Positions 9,750 through 20,515 of a DNA stretch of 37,785 bases are shown here, piece after piece. A program made the position numbers and the translations under genes. Below the pieces are notes generated by a model. It saw nothing but the letters and a program-made list of their open reading frames with translations. It had not been told where the DNA came from and did not search any database. The stretch's first letter is position 1, and every line of letters begins with the position of its first letter. Origin of the DNA: an uncultured Deinococcales bacterium (lineage in GTDB: Bacteria; Deinococcota; Deinococci; Deinococcales; JAAFIG01); the NCBI GenBank assembly GCA_964244895.1, contig CAXTKV010000024.1:1-37785 (forward strand). Direction: 5' to 3'.

Positions 9750-9992
9750 TTAACGAACGCTCAAGATCAACCCAGCCAGCACCAGCGTCAAGAGCAAGTT
9801 GGCTCCGATCCGACCCCGGCGCGCGACTCCACCCCAGCGCAGGTCGCGCCACGCCCTGAAGAGCGCCTGCGCGACCACCAATCCCGCGAGAGCCCAACGC
9901 GGCACGCTGACGCCCAGCACCAAGGCCGCCAGCGTGATCGCCAGCGCGCCGAGCAGAGCCAGATTGATCCATTGCGCCGTCTGAAAATTCAC
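9750..9992 (-). CDS. small membrane protein
   Basis: 80 aa with three hydrophobic segments; fills the gap upstream of the esterase. Confidence 0.6.
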   Translation of the reverse strand: MNFQTAQWINLALLGALAITLAALVLGVSVPRWALAGLVVAQALFRAWRDLRWGGVARRGRIGANLLLTLVLAGLILSVR

Positions 9993-10090
9993 CGTTGAAA
10001 CCCCACCGTTGTTTTGAGATTCAATCTCGAATCACCCTCTGGCGTGACCGAAACCCGATCTTATCGCGCACCGACCAGGACCGTTCAGAG

Positions 10091-10143
10091 CTCGAGAAGA
10101 CCGTCCGGGACGCGTTCACTAAAATACTGTCCTGGACGGTGTT
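10091..10143. repeat. CGT-N5-ACG element, 26 bp
   Basis: CTCGAGAAGACCGTCCGGGACGC...TGTCCTGGACGGTGTT. Confidence 0.88.
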
Positions 10144-10311
10144 TTAGTGATTCGGCATCTCGGCAGGTTTTCGTAGCACTAACACGGGCTTGTTGGGTGC
10201 GCATGTGATGATAACTGCGCCCAGAACGGCAATTTCAGCGCGAATACGATCACGCTTCTCACTTCTCCTTCACCCGGATGGCCTTCGTGGATGACTAGGA
10301 TGCCATGGAGC

Positions 10312-10887
10312 ATGGACACACTCGAAGAATTCCGCGAGTACCTGCAAGGAAGGCGGGGCTCCAGCGACCGCACCGTGCGAGCGTACCTGACTGACGTGAC
10401 GATGGCCCTGTCCGAAATGGAGGGGTTCGAGACGAACGGCATCGAGACGTACCTCTCGAGCCTTTCCGGTCGCGGTACGGCCCGCAGCACCGTCGCGCGC
10501 AAGCTGGCTGCGCTGCGCGCCTACGGCGACTTCCTGGCCTACGCTGGGCAGACCACCGACAACCCGGCGCAACGCGTGGCCGCACCGTATCGCTCGTTCC
10601 GGATCGCCAGCGACGATTACTCGAGGCAGCGCGACCGCGCCCTGCACGAAATCGCGCGCGCCAGCGGCCTGAAGACCACCGACCTGGTGGCCCTGAACGC
10701 CGAAGACATCGACTGGCGCGCCAACACGATCCGCGTCGTCTCGAGCGATAAAGCCCTGCCCTTGGGTACGGCCACGCGCACGCTGCGGGCGTACTTGGGT
10801 GGGCGCTCGCGCGGCCCAATCTTTTTGTCCGCCTCGGGCGACCGATTGTCCGTGCGGTTGGCACACGACATCCTGAATCAGGATTGA
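10312..10887 (+). CDS. XerC/XerD-like protein lacking all catalytic residues
   Basis: N-terminal core-binding domain (RTVRAYLTD, RSTVARKLAALRAY, NPA) and a partial catalytic domain (RDRALHE..SGLK..LVAL..EDID, IFLS..G.RLS). Stops before HxxR and Tyr. Start may instead be 10291 or 10300. Confidence 0.75.
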   Translation: MDTLEEFREYLQGRRGSSDRTVRAYLTDVTMALSEMEGFETNGIETYLSSLSGRGTARSTVARKLAALRAYGDFLAYAGQTTDNPAQRVAAPYRSFRIASDDYSRQRDRALHEIARASGLKTTDLVALNAEDIDWRANTIRVVSSDKALPLGTATRTLRAYLGGRSRGPIFLSASGDRLSVRLAHDILNQD

Positions 10888-10943
10888 GCGCTTTGATCCA
10901 TTCATTCCCTTCAACAACAAACCATCTCGTTAAAGGAGTTCGT

Positions 10944-12143
10944 GTGTCCCAATTGATCGCTCAACTCAAGCCCAGCCTCGGGATCGCCGTGGCGCTCGCC
11001 GCCCTTTTGAGTGGGGCGTTCTCCGGTTTCGGCGCGCTCGCCCAGGGAGCCCAAACCCCGCCGCCAGCCGTGCCCGCTCAGAAACCACCGACCTGCGAGA
11101 ATTACCTGCTGTTGGGCAAGCTTTACTACTCCAACGGTCAGTTCGATTCGGCTTACGTCGCCTTCAGCCTGTGCCTCAAGCTCGAGCCCAAAAACGTCGA
11201 GGCGCTCTACAGCCTCGGGCGGGTCGAGACACGATTGCAGTTGTACTCGGCGGCCATCACGCACCTAAAGGATTGCATCGGCATTGAGGCCAAGAACGTC
11301 TCTTGCTACATCGCGCTCTCGCAGGCCTACAGCACCCAGTACGCCGACTCGAGCGACCGCAAAACCGTGGCCACGCAACTCGACGAGGGTTTGCGCGTGT
11401 TGGACGACGCCGAACGGGTCGCGGCCAACAACGACGACAAAGCCAAGATCTACAACCAGCGCGGCACGATCTACAACTACAAAAAGGACTACGACAAATC
11501 CCTCGAGTCCTACAAGAAAGCCCTCGGTTTCAAACCCGATGACCCGATCATCCTCTTCAACCTCGGTGCCTTGCAGTTGGAAACCGCCACCAACAAGGAT
11601 CAGATCCAGGCCGCCGTGGACACGCTTCATCACGCCGTAGATGTCAGCCCGCGCGATGTCATCACGCGCGCTTCCTACGCTCGGGCGCTCCGCACCGCTG
11701 GGGACATCAAGGGCTGCCTTTCTGAAAGCACCCAGGCCTACAACCTCTCCGGCGGCGCGCGCAGCAAGAACGCCTTCGTGGTCGGTCAGTACGGCATCTG
11801 CTTGTACGTCAATAAGAACCTCAGCGGTGCGCGCACCGCGCTCGAGCAGGCCGTCAAGATTGACACGCGCGTGCAGTACGGCGAGAACTTCTTTTATCTG
11901 GGCCGCACGTACCTGGACGGCACGCAGACCAAGGACGCCCGCGCGCTGTTCACGCAGGCCACCGCGATCGACCCGACCGACAACACCTACTGGTTCTGGC
12001 TCGGTCAGGCCAACGAGAAGGGCGGCGACAAGGACGCAGCCTGCAAGTCCTACGCCCAAGCCGTCAAGGTCAAACCCGGTTACGACGATGCTGTTAAAGC
12101 CATGGCGACATTGAAGTGTCCATCCACGCCCGGCGCGCGCTAA
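10944..12143 (+). CDS. exported tetratricopeptide repeat protein
   Basis: Signal peptide and many TPR units (ALYSLGRV, IYNQRGTIY, FFYLGRTY, WFWLGQA). GTG start after AAGGAG. Confidence 0.9.
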   Translation: MSQLIAQLKPSLGIAVALAALLSGAFSGFGALAQGAQTPPPAVPAQKPPTCENYLLLGKLYYSNGQFDSAYVAFSLCLKLEPKNVEALYSLGRVETRLQLYSAAITHLKDCIGIEAKNVSCYIALSQAYSTQYADSSDRKTVATQLDEGLRVLDDAERVAANNDDKAKIYNQRGTIYNYKKDYDKSLESYKKALGFKPDDPIILFNLGALQLETATNKDQIQAAVDTLHHAVDVSPRDVITRASYARALRTAGDIKGCLSESTQAYNLSGGARSKNAFVVGQYGICLYVNKNLSGARTALEQAVKIDTRVQYGENFFYLGRTYLDGTQTKDARALFTQATAIDPTDNTYWFWLGQANEKGGDKDAACKSYAQAVKVKPGYDDAVKAMATLKCPSTPGAR

Positions 12144-12162
12144 ACGACATCTTTGGCCTTTA

Positions 12163-12208
12163 GAGCACCGTCCAGCACGGTGTTCTTTTTTTGCGTCCAG
12201 GACGGTAT
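12163..12208. repeat. CGT-N5-ACG element, 25 bp
   Basis: GAGCACCGTCCAGCACGGTGTTC...GCGTCCAGGACGGTAT. Confidence 0.85.
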
Positions 12209-12437
12209 CGCGCTTCAGGATGCCGTAAGGGACACTCGGGTTGGCTCTCGAGTCACCGCGCCCGATCAGCATCGCACGCGAGATTGCGCCTCAGCTTTCT
12301 CGGAATGATCGTCGGTAGCATCGCCGCATGATTGCTGAACGCGAATCTCGAGCCTTATCTGGAAAACATCATCAGGCCGGAAACGCGGCTGTGACGGTTT
12401 CCCTCGAGCCCTGGAGACTCAACGTATGATGGGCGCG

Positions 12438-13775
12438 ATGCTGAAGCCCACCCAGTCCGATACGACCGCGGAACCGCTCCGCGTCGGCCTGTTCACGGAC
12501 ACCTACAGCCCGCAGATCAACGGGGTCGTCACCAGTTTGCGCGGTCTTTCAAAGGGCCTTCGAGAGATGGGGCACCGCGTCACCATCGTCGCGCCGCGCA
12601 TCCCCGGACAGCACGCGGAGGCGGGCGTGATTCGCCTGCGTTCGGCGGTTTACCCGCTGCAACCCGAGCATTTCATGGCCATGCCGCCATCGCCGCGCAA
12701 GCTCTTGCAGTTGCGCGCGCTCAAGCTCGACGTGGTTCACACGCACGGCATCCTGGTGCCGATGATGGCGCTCGGCATCGCTCGGGCCTTCGGCATTCCG
12801 CTGGTGCACACCTACCACACGCGGATGCGCGACTACATCCACCATTACCCGTGGTATCCGGCGCTGGCCTGGCTGACCGACGAGGAGCGCTGGTTCGCGC
12901 GCAACTCGGGCGGCTTGCGGCGGGTTTCCAGGCGGTTGCGCAAGAACCTGGATCGCAGCACCATCGCGGTCGGCGGGCGCTTCGATGTCTGGTACGCCAA
13001 CCGTTGCACCGAGGTGATCTGCCCGGCGCAACCGATGGCGGACGAGTTGCTTTCGATGGGCGTCAAGAAACCGTTGTTCGTGATCGGCAACGGCATCGAT
13101 GTCGAACGCCTGACCCGACCGCAACCCGATCCCTTCCCGGCGCTCGGCGTGCCGGACGGCGCACCCCGGTTGCTGACGGTCAGCCGTTTGGGGTTGGAAA
13201 AAAGCGTAGACGAGCTCCTGGAGCGCTTCAAACTGATTCACGACCACCTACCCAACGCCCGCTTGGTGATTCTGGGCGACGGCCCGGAACGTGAGAACCT
13301 CGAGGAACTGAGCCGCACGCTGGGCATCGGGGACGCGGTCATTTTCAGGGGTTACGTCGCGCCCGAAGCGGTCGCGGAGTTCTATCAGCACGCCGACCTG
13401 TTCGTGTTCGCCAGCACTTCGGAGGTTCACCCGATGGTCGGGCTCGAGGCTGCCGCCTGCGGCTTGCCGATCGTGGCTCGAGCCAGGATGGGCATCACCA
13501 AATGCGTGGTGGACGGCGAGACGGGCTTTCTGGTCGATCCTGATGATCGGGATCAATTCGGTGCGCGCACGGTTGAACTATTGGAAAATCCCACGAAACG
13601 CACGGCTTTTTGCGAATACTCGAAAGTATGGGCGGCGCGCGAGTGGGGTCACAGACGCATGGCGGAACGAACCCTGGAAGTGTATCAGCGCGCCATACGC
13701 GATTTCGACGGCTGGGACGAACTGCAACTGCCGCCCGAATTTCAGAAGCTCGAGTACCGTCAGGCGAGCGAGTGA
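12438..13775 (+). CDS. GT4 glycosyltransferase (diacylglycerol glucosyltransferase-like)
   Basis: FTDTYSPQINGVVTS, HTYHT, VSRLGLEKS, ADLFVFASTSE, LEAAACGLP. Start ATG 12438 (TATGAT-7nt-ATG) or 12426. Confidence 0.92.
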   Translation: MLKPTQSDTTAEPLRVGLFTDTYSPQINGVVTSLRGLSKGLREMGHRVTIVAPRIPGQHAEAGVIRLRSAVYPLQPEHFMAMPPSPRKLLQLRALKLDVVHTHGILVPMMALGIARAFGIPLVHTYHTRMRDYIHHYPWYPALAWLTDEERWFARNSGGLRRVSRRLRKNLDRSTIAVGGRFDVWYANRCTEVICPAQPMADELLSMGVKKPLFVIGNGIDVERLTRPQPDPFPALGVPDGAPRLLTVSRLGLEKSVDELLERFKLIHDHLPNARLVILGDGPERENLEELSRTLGIGDAVIFRGYVAPEAVAEFYQHADLFVFASTSEVHPMVGLEAAACGLPIVARARMGITKCVVDGETGFLVDPDDRDQFGARTVELLENPTKRTAFCEYSKVWAAREWGHRRMAERTLEVYQRAIRDFDGWDELQLPPEFQKLEYRQASE

Positions 13776-14287
13776 ACCCCAAACGATTCTTTCGGGTGCT
13801 GGCCGCGCTGCTGGCCTTGGCTTGCGGCGCGAACGCGCTGGCGCAGGACGCCAACGATCAATCGAACGTCCAGTTCTCCGTGGGCCTCGGCTATCTGGGA
13901 AATGCGGGCATCGGTGCGCAGGTTTCAGCCTCGAACCTGTTCGCGCCGGGCGTGGGGTTGCAGTTGCGGGCCGGGCTGGGTGCGCCGATCGCGGGTTTCG
14001 CATCCCCGACGGGCGCTCTTGAGCTGAACGCCTTCCTGGAATTGGATCTGTTCAACGGCGTCTCCGGGCGGGTGGCCATCGGCGGCAGTTACGATTTTCG
14101 CGGCCTGTTTTTCTTGCAGGGACGATTGGGGCTCGAGTACCACCCGGAATTCTTTCCCGACGAGATCCGTGGTCTGGGCGCGTTCGCTGAATTCGGCGTC
14201 AGCTACCGTTACCCGCAACCCGGCCAGACCAGCACCACCGACGGCAACAGTCTGAGCGTCGCGTTGGGTTTGAGCTGGAGATTCTAA
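13772..14287 (+). CDS. putative small outer-membrane beta-barrel protein
   Basis: GTG overlaps the glycosyltransferase stop. Signal peptide ending ALA-Q, alternating amphipathic beta strands, C-terminal LSWRF. Confidence 0.7.
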   Translation: MNPKRFFRVLAALLALACGANALAQDANDQSNVQFSVGLGYLGNAGIGAQVSASNLFAPGVGLQLRAGLGAPIAGFASPTGALELNAFLELDLFNGVSGRVAIGGSYDFRGLFFLQGRLGLEYHPEFFPDEIRGLGAFAEFGVSYRYPQPGQTSTTDGNSLSVALGLSWRF

Positions 14288-14314
14288 ACGCGATCTCGAG
14301 CGAGGGGACAGCAC

Positions 14315-14366
14315 GAGAACACCGTCCAGCACGCATTCCAGGATTCGTGTGCTGGACGGTGTTCTC
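14315..14366. repeat. CGT-N5-ACG element, 25 bp
   Basis: GAGAACACCGTCCAGCACGC...GTGTGCTGGACGGTGTTCTC. Confidence 0.92.
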
Positions 14367-14594
14367 ACGTCTCGAGCGGGATTGGATTTCCTGCGAGAAA
14401 CCTGGCCTGCGAGGGGAACTTTCGTGATTGCCCTTTCCTCGAGACACGCACGGCACGAGTATTGACCCGTCCTGGAGCCTCGAAACCGATCCAGGCCATC
14501 TTGAAAGGGCTTTCAAAAGACGCTCTGCGGATGGCATCGTTTCTGGTGCCAGAACGTTATAGTGAACCGAACCCAAACCTTCAAGGAGACCAAC

Positions 14595-15758
14595 ATGAGC
14601 TACAAACCCAAGCGCGAGCACAAATTTACGTTCGGCCTGTGGACGGTCGGCAATATTGGCCGCGACCCGTTCGGTGAGCCCACGCGCCTCAAGCTCGAGC
14701 CGACGTACATCGTCGAGAAACTCGGCAAGTTGGGCGCGTACGGCGTGAACCTGCACGACAACGATCTGGTGCCTTTCGGCGCGAGCGCCAAAGAGCGCGA
14801 CAGGATCGTCAAGGACTTCAAGAAAGCGCTTTCAGACACGGGCGTGGTCGTGCCGATGGCGACCACCAACCTGTTCGGCGATCCGGTCTTCAAAGATGGC
14901 GCGTTCACCAGCCCGGACGCTCGGGTGCGCGCCTTCGCGGTGCAAAAAACCATGCGCGCCATGGATCTGGGCCATGAACTGGGCGCCAGCACCTACGTCT
15001 TCTGGGGCGGACGCGAGGGCGCCGAAGTCGACGCGGGCGGCAACGCGCTGGACGCCCTGTCGCACTTCCGCGAGTGCCTGAACTTCCTGGCCGAATACAG
15101 CCAGGATCAGGGCTACAATTTCAAGTTTGCGCTCGAGCCCAAACCCAACGAACCGCGCGGTGACATCTACTTGCCGGTCGTCGGTGCAGCGCTCGGGTTT
15201 ATCGCCACGCTGGACAAACCCGAACTCTTCGGCGTCAACCCGGAGTTCGCGCACGAAACCATGGCTGGACTGAACTTCGTCCACGCCGTCGCGCAGGCGA
15301 TCGACGCCGGGAAGCTCTTTCACATCGATTTGAACGACCAGAAACCCGGACGTTTCGACCAGGATTTGCGCTTCGGCGCGGAAAACCTCAAGGGCGCGTT
15401 CTTCCTGGTCAAGTTGCTCGAGGACACCGGTTACAGCGGCATGCGCCACTTCGACGCGCACGCCCTGCGCACCGAGGACGAGGCGGGCGTCTGGGCGTTC
15501 GCGGCGGGCTGCATGCGCACGTACCTGATCCTCAAAGAAAAAGCCGCGCAGTTCAACGCCGACAAGGAAATCCAGTCGCTGATCAAGGCCTACAAGGTCA
15601 AGGACAAGACGCTTCAGAAAGCCGTGCAAAGCTACTCCAAAGCCAACGCGACCGCGCTCCTGGCGCACGAGTTCGACCTGGACGCGCTCCGCAAACGCGG
15701 CCCCGGCCTGGAGCGCTTGGATCAGTTGACGATTGAACTCTTGATGGGCGCACGCTGA
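14595..15758 (+). CDS. xylA: xylose isomerase (class I)
   Basis: [64 protein letters not shown]. Confidence 0.97.
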   Translation: MSYKPKREHKFTFGLWTVGNIGRDPFGEPTRLKLEPTYIVEKLGKLGAYGVNLHDNDLVPFGASAKERDRIVKDFKKALSDTGVVVPMATTNLFGDPVFKDGAFTSPDARVRAFAVQKTMRAMDLGHELGASTYVFWGGREGAEVDAGGNALDALSHFRECLNFLAEYSQDQGYNFKFALEPKPNEPRGDIYLPVVGAALGFIATLDKPELFGVNPEFAHETMAGLNFVHAVAQAIDAGKLFHIDLNDQKPGRFDQDLRFGAENLKGAFFLVKLLEDTGYSGMRHFDAHALRTEDEAGVWAFAAGCMRTYLILKEKAAQFNADKEIQSLIKAYKVKDKTLQKAVQSYSKANATALLAHEFDLDALRKRGPGLERLDQLTIELLMGAR

Positions 15759-15766
15759 GGTTCGAG

Positions 15767-15818
15767 AAACACCGTCCCGCACGCATTCTCGAGAACACCG
15801 TCCTGGACGGTGTTCTCG
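15767..15818. repeat. CGT-N5-ACG element, 26 bp, second unit a perfect palindrome
   Basis: AAACACCGTCCCGCACGC then CGAGAACACCGTCC-T-GGACGGTGTTCTCG. Confidence 0.92.
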
Positions 15819-15912
15819 CTTTTTGCCTTTTCTATCTCATGGGGCAGGCGGCATCCGCCGAGACCGGGCGGTTGACAAAGAAGTCTCGCGTCACAGACCC
15901 TACAGGTCTCCC

Positions 15913-18231
15913 CTACCGCCTGGAGGCCAGGCGCAATCCGGCGCGGCGTCCAGGTTCGCCGGGCTGCCCGGTCTGTGCGTTCGGTGCGATCGCGGTGATC
16001 GCGCCCGTCTCGAGGTCATAAAAGATCGCGCCGTCGCGGTCGGTGCGGTAGACGCTGATGCCGCGCGACCGCAGACGATCGAGAACGTCCAGGGCGGGAT
16101 GGCCGTAGGTGTTGCGCGCGCCGCTCGAGATGATCGCGGCGCGCGGGTGCGTGCGATCCAACAGCACGTCTGAGGTGCTGAACCTCGAGCCGTGGTGCGC
16201 GACTTTCAACACCTCGAGTTGACCGGGGTAGATCTGGCTTTCGACTTCTGCGGGCGAATCGCCCAGGAACAGGCTGCGGCGTCCACGATACGAAAGCGTG
16301 AAACTGACCGAGTTCGGGTTGTCCGTGTCGTGCGGCGTCCAGGTCGGGTTGAGGAATTCAAACCTGGCCTGTCCCAAATTCCAGGTCTGACCGCGCCTGA
16401 CGGGCTGGATCGGCACGCTTCTTGATTTCGCGCTTCGGACCACCGCGTCCCAGACGGGATCGACGCCGGGTTCCTTGTCAATCCCGACGATCAAACGTCC
16501 GACCTCGAAACGCTCGAGCACCCGAGAAAGCCCTTCGATGTGATCCACGTCCGCGTGTGTGGCGACCACGGCCAGCAAGCGTTTGACGCCCAGCGCGCGC
16601 AGGGCGGGCACGACCACGCGTTCGCCCACGTCGAAGGGACTGCGGACGCTGCCGCCGCCGTCCACCAGAATGTCGCCCTCTGGTAAACGAATCAGGCTGG
16701 AATCGCCCTGACCGACATCCAGGTACACGATTTGTGCGTGGGCTCGGGTTGCGGGAATGGCGGTCACCAGCATCGCAGCGAGCGCCGCCGCCAGCGCCAG
16801 ATTCCAGCGCACGCGACCATAAAGAGCCAGCCCGATCACCGTCAAGGATGCGAAATACGTCAGAAACCCCAGGCTCGAGACCGTGCCCCACGGCAGCGCG
16901 GGCCAGGCGGACAGAACGCGCGCCGTCTCCAGCGTCAGGTGCGAGAGCGGAGCGACGATCAGATTGACGATACCGCCGAGCGCAGGCCCGAGCGCGGCGG
17001 CCAGAAACCCGAGCGGCACGAGAACCATCACCAACGGCGCAGCGATCAGATTCGCCACGGGAGATGCGAGCGGCACGATGCCGAAAGCGGATGCGGACAG
17101 CGGTAGCGTCGCGGCTTGCGCCGCGAGCGTGGTTCCCAGCGTCAGCGCCACGAACGAGAGCACCGTCCAGCGCGCTCGCTCGAGCCTGGGACTTGTGGGC
17201 GCAGGTTTGAACGGCGCGGTGGCGCGCGTCAGAAGCGGCGCAAAAACCGCCAGCCCCAGCACGGCCAGGTGCGAGAGCTGCCAGCCGAGGTCATCAATCC
17301 AGCGCGGCCCCGCCAGCAGCGTGCAGATCGCGCTCAGGCCCAGCGCGGGCAGGACTTCCAGCCGACCGCGCCCCAGCCACAGCGTCACCAGCGCCGCGCC
17401 GCCCATCAGCGCGGCCCGAACCACGCTCGGGCTGGGGCCGACGATCAGCACGTAAGCGATCAGAAATGCGATCAGCGCAGGGTAACGCCGCACCCCGAGC
17501 GGCGCGAGCACCCAGCTCAGCGCGATCAGCAAGAGCGTCACCTGCTGCCCGGACAGCGCCAGCACGTGCGCCAATCCAGACCTGGAAAAGGCCGTGCGCC
17601 ACGACGTGCCGGGCTCCGGGTCGGGCTGGCTGGAAAGATCATCCGTCCAGCCCAGCACCAGCGATTGCATGAAGGCCGCGTCCACGCTCGAGAGTCCGGC
17701 GCTCACGCCCGCCCGCAGGTGATCCCGCACGCGCCCCAAAAAACCCGCGTCTCTGGTCGGGCTACTCGAGGAGACGCGCAACCCGTGCCTGACGCCGCGC
17801 CGCTCGAGCCAGGCGGTGTAATCGAAACTGCCGGGGTTACGCGTCTGCGCGATGGCTTCCAGGTGACCCTGCACGCGCCAGAAACCCGCCGGGAGCGCGT
17901 CCTTTGGGCTGATGACCAACCGACCGGTTGCGGTGTTCAGGAATCGCCCGTCGGATTCGCCTTCCAGCGCGATGGATTGACCGTTCATGCCCTCGAAGCC
18001 GTCCGGGGCGCGTTCGACGATGCTCGAGCGCAGGTGCGCCAGCGGCAGCAAGGCCAGCGCGACCAGCCCGATGTTGACGGCTCGCGGGCCAATCCATCCC
18101 GATTTTCTGGCTTCCAGCCCGATCAAGACGGCGATGGCGAAGACAGCAAAAACCGTCAGGAACGGTATTCCAGCCCGTTCCAGGGTGATTCCAGCGATCA
18201 CCGATACCGCTCCCAGCACCGGGAAGGTCAT
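15913..18231 (-). CDS. comEC: DNA internalization competence protein ComEC/Rec2
   Basis: [30 protein letters not shown], then an MBL domain ([34 protein letters not shown]). Start estimated at ATG 18231. Confidence 0.93.
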   Translation of the reverse strand: MTFPVLGAVSVIAGITLERAGIPFLTVFAVFAIAVLIGLEARKSGWIGPRAVNIGLVALALLPLAHLRSSIVERAPDGFEGMNGQSIALEGESDGRFLNTATGRLVISPKDALPAGFWRVQGHLEAIAQTRNPGSFDYTAWLERRGVRHGLRVSSSSPTRDAGFLGRVRDHLRAGVSAGLSSVDAAFMQSLVLGWTDDLSSQPDPEPGTSWRTAFSRSGLAHVLALSGQQVTLLLIALSWVLAPLGVRRYPALIAFLIAYVLIVGPSPSVVRAALMGGAALVTLWLGRGRLEVLPALGLSAICTLLAGPRWIDDLGWQLSHLAVLGLAVFAPLLTRATAPFKPAPTSPRLERARWTVLSFVALTLGTTLAAQAATLPLSASAFGIVPLASPVANLIAAPLVMVLVPLGFLAAALGPALGGIVNLIVAPLSHLTLETARVLSAWPALPWGTVSSLGFLTYFASLTVIGLALYGRVRWNLALAAALAAMLVTAIPATRAHAQIVYLDVGQGDSSLIRLPEGDILVDGGGSVRSPFDVGERVVVPALRALGVKRLLAVVATHADVDHIEGLSRVLERFEVGRLIVGIDKEPGVDPVWDAVVRSAKSRSVPIQPVRRGQTWNLGQARFEFLNPTWTPHDTDNPNSVSFTLSYRGRRSLFLGDSPAEVESQIYPGQLEVLKVAHHGSRFSTSDVLLDRTHPRAAIISSGARNTYGHPALDVLDRLRSRGISVYRTDRDGAIFYDLETGAITAIAPNAQTGQPGEPGRRAGLRLASRR

Positions 18232-18276
18232 CAGGCTCGAGCCGCGCGTGCTTTCACTCGAGGAGCCTCGAGATTC

Positions 18277-18294
18277 GCGTCTCGGACGGTGTTC
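18277..18294. repeat. CGT-N5-ACG element, right arm
   Basis: GCGTCTCGGACGGTGTTC. Confidence 0.7.
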
Positions 18295-18696
18295 AATAAC
18301 AGGAGAACCGTTGTCGGGAATCATTTCATCGTGCAGTAGCCAACCTGATAGGAATGGCGTTTTTTGAGTATGCACAATTCGTATATTTCAGTGGTTTGAA
18401 TCATTACACTTCGCAGTATTTCAGAAATATCTCGCATGGTGTGTGATCAGAGGCCAAACCGTGGTTCGAGGTTATGCGACTTTCCAATACACCTACCTCC
18501 TTAGTGAAAACCTAAATCGTCGGCCTATTGCCCATTGGTGTGATGTCAAAAGCCTGCACAGGACAATGCTCGAGAAAGCCATCGAGATTCGATTCAGAGT
18601 CTGTGCTAGCGTCGAAACACCGGGCCTCAAAGCTTTCAAACGTGTTTGGTAGGAATCATTCAAAACACAAATTCACAGGTCAGGGACACAGTATCC

Positions 18697-18813
18697 ATGC
18701 GTTTCGAAACCGCCAACGCCGAGTTCGAGACCTGGTTGTGCGCCCAGATGCCGATCGTCGAGAGCGACCTGACCTTCAAGCACGCGCAGATGCGCTCGGA
18801 GCCCTTCAGGTGA
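18697..18813 (+). pseudogene. 5' fragment of a DUF2252-like gene truncated at the IS end
   Basis: MRFETANAEFETWLCAQMPIVESDLTFKHAQMRSEPF resembles DUF2252 N-termini (from memory of the family). It stops exactly at the IS left end. Confidence 0.55.
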
Positions 18814-19500
18814 GAGGGTATAAAACGAAGTCTGTTTAACGGTCAAGCTGAACATCACCCCAAAGGAATCGTATGACCAAACCCGCCAACATCGACCCAA
18901 AACTCGTTAACCAGCTCCTCGCTCAGTACGAGAAGCCCGAAGACCTGCTCGGCGAGAACGGCCTCTTAAAACAGTTGACCAAGGCGTTACTCGAGTGTGC
19001 CCTCGAAGCTGAGATGACCGCCCACCTCGGTCACGCCCACGGCGAAGCCGTGGTGAACGAACACGGCAACAAGCGCAACGGTATCAACGCGAAGACCGTC
19101 CAGGCTGAGTTCGGTTTCTTGGCCCTGACAGCAGCACCCAGCCAGAGCTGACGCAGGGATTGGTCTCGAGTGATTCCGTGCTTTTCGTATCCAGCAGCGA
19201 TCAGGAGCGCCAGGCCCGTCAGGTGCCGTGGTGGGCGCGAAAGAAAGGCGGTGTATAAGACGAACGCGATTGAATCGTTAAACTTTTTCGCTGCGGAGAA
19301 TCACCAAAGCTCGAAGTTCATTCCCAAGCGTTGGGGCAGCCATCAAGTTGTTGTACCTGGGCTTGAGGAGCGTCACCAAGCGCTGGACGATGCCTGTGCA
19401 GGATTGGAAGGCAGCGTTGAACCAGTTCAACATGTTGTTTGAAGATTGAATGCCGTCACGATCACGGAAAGGCCGAAAACACAGTTCGCTTAACATGCTC
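18814..19500 (+). mobile_element. internally deleted IS256-family element with transposase pseudogene
   Basis: N-terminal piece LLGENGLLKQLTKALLECALEAEMTAHLG..RNG. C-terminal pieces W.RVIPCFSYPAAIR, VYKTNAIESLN and, after a frameshift, [31 protein letters not shown]. Degenerate terminal IRs at 18814-18844 and 19471-19500. Confidence 0.9.
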
Positions 19501-19774
19501 GACAGCCTCTAATTCGAGCTCTCTCGAGCGTATTCCCCGAAGGCATTTTCGTGACCGCTCGAGGGGCCTTGAGCCGCGATCTGGAACCACACGATTCTGC
19601 TCGGTCAGGACGCAATACTTCACACATCCAATACAAACCCGATTTAGGCTCACAGCCATGAAACGACGCGACGCGATCAGGCTGATTGTCGGCACGACTG
19701 CGCCACTTTTCATGAGTCGCGGTATAACGAAAGCCGCTGGGTTCAAACCCAACACTCGCACACCGGAGGTCGCA

Positions 19775-20380
19775 ATGGCATACTCACTTCCACCCCTTCC
19801 GTACCCCACCAACGCGCTCGAGCCGTACATCGACGATCAAACGATGCAGATCCACCACGGCAAGCACCATCAGGCTTACGTCAATAACCTGAACGCCGCG
19901 CTGGACAAGCACCCGGAGATCACGACCCCCCTCGAGGAACTGCTGGCTGACCTCTCAAAAGTTCCAGAAGACATCCGCGGAGCCGTGCGCAACAACGGCG
20001 GCGGTCATTACAACCACAGCTTCTTCTGGACGCTGATGACGCCCGGTGGCAGCAAAGAACCCGTCGGTGGGCTGGCGGCAGCCATCACCTCGACCTTCGG
20101 CGGTCTGGATGCCTTGAAGGAAAAGCTCAACGCTGCGGGCGTGGGCCGTTTCGGCTCCGGCTGGGCCTGGCTGGTCGTCAAAGGCGGCAAACTCGAGGTC
20201 GTCAGCACCGCCAACCAGGACACGCCGCTGGAATTGGGTGCGCACGGCGTGCTGGGCGTGGATGTCTGGGAGCACGCGTACTACCTGAAGTACCAGAACC
20301 TGCGCCCGAAGTACCTCGAGTCGTGGTGGAACGTCGTCAACTGGGACATCGCGGAAGCGAACTTCGCCGCCGCCAAGTAA
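19775..20380 (+). CDS. sodA: Mn/Fe superoxide dismutase (Mn-type signature)
   Basis: [46 protein letters not shown] before ATG 19775. In-frame upstream ATG at 19658 (see findings). Confidence 0.96.
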   Translation: MAYSLPPLPYPTNALEPYIDDQTMQIHHGKHHQAYVNNLNAALDKHPEITTPLEELLADLSKVPEDIRGAVRNNGGGHYNHSFFWTLMTPGGSKEPVGGLAAAITSTFGGLDALKEKLNAAGVGRFGSGWAWLVVKGGKLEVVSTANQDTPLELGAHGVLGVDVWEHAYYLKYQNLRPKYLESWWNVVNWDIAEANFAAAK

Positions 20381-20397
20381 ACCCGTCTTTCAGAACG

Positions 20398-20427
20398 AAC
20401 CCACGAGCGTGACGCTCGTGGGTTTTT
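20398..20427 (+). terminator. intrinsic terminator after sodA
   Basis: AACCCACGAGCGT-G-ACGCTCGTGGGTTTTT. Confidence 0.85.
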
Positions 20428-20515
20428 CAATCGGAATATCCCAGATTGATTCCCAGAGATGGGTTGAGCCGTCGTCGCTCGAGCGACGCTTGAGCGCTTC
20501 ACTCGAGCGAAGCGC

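Noticed and set aside
14595..15758. xylA as part of the fructan locus
   Set aside because: It is separated by about 6 kb of unrelated genes and has no copy of the LacI operator upstream.
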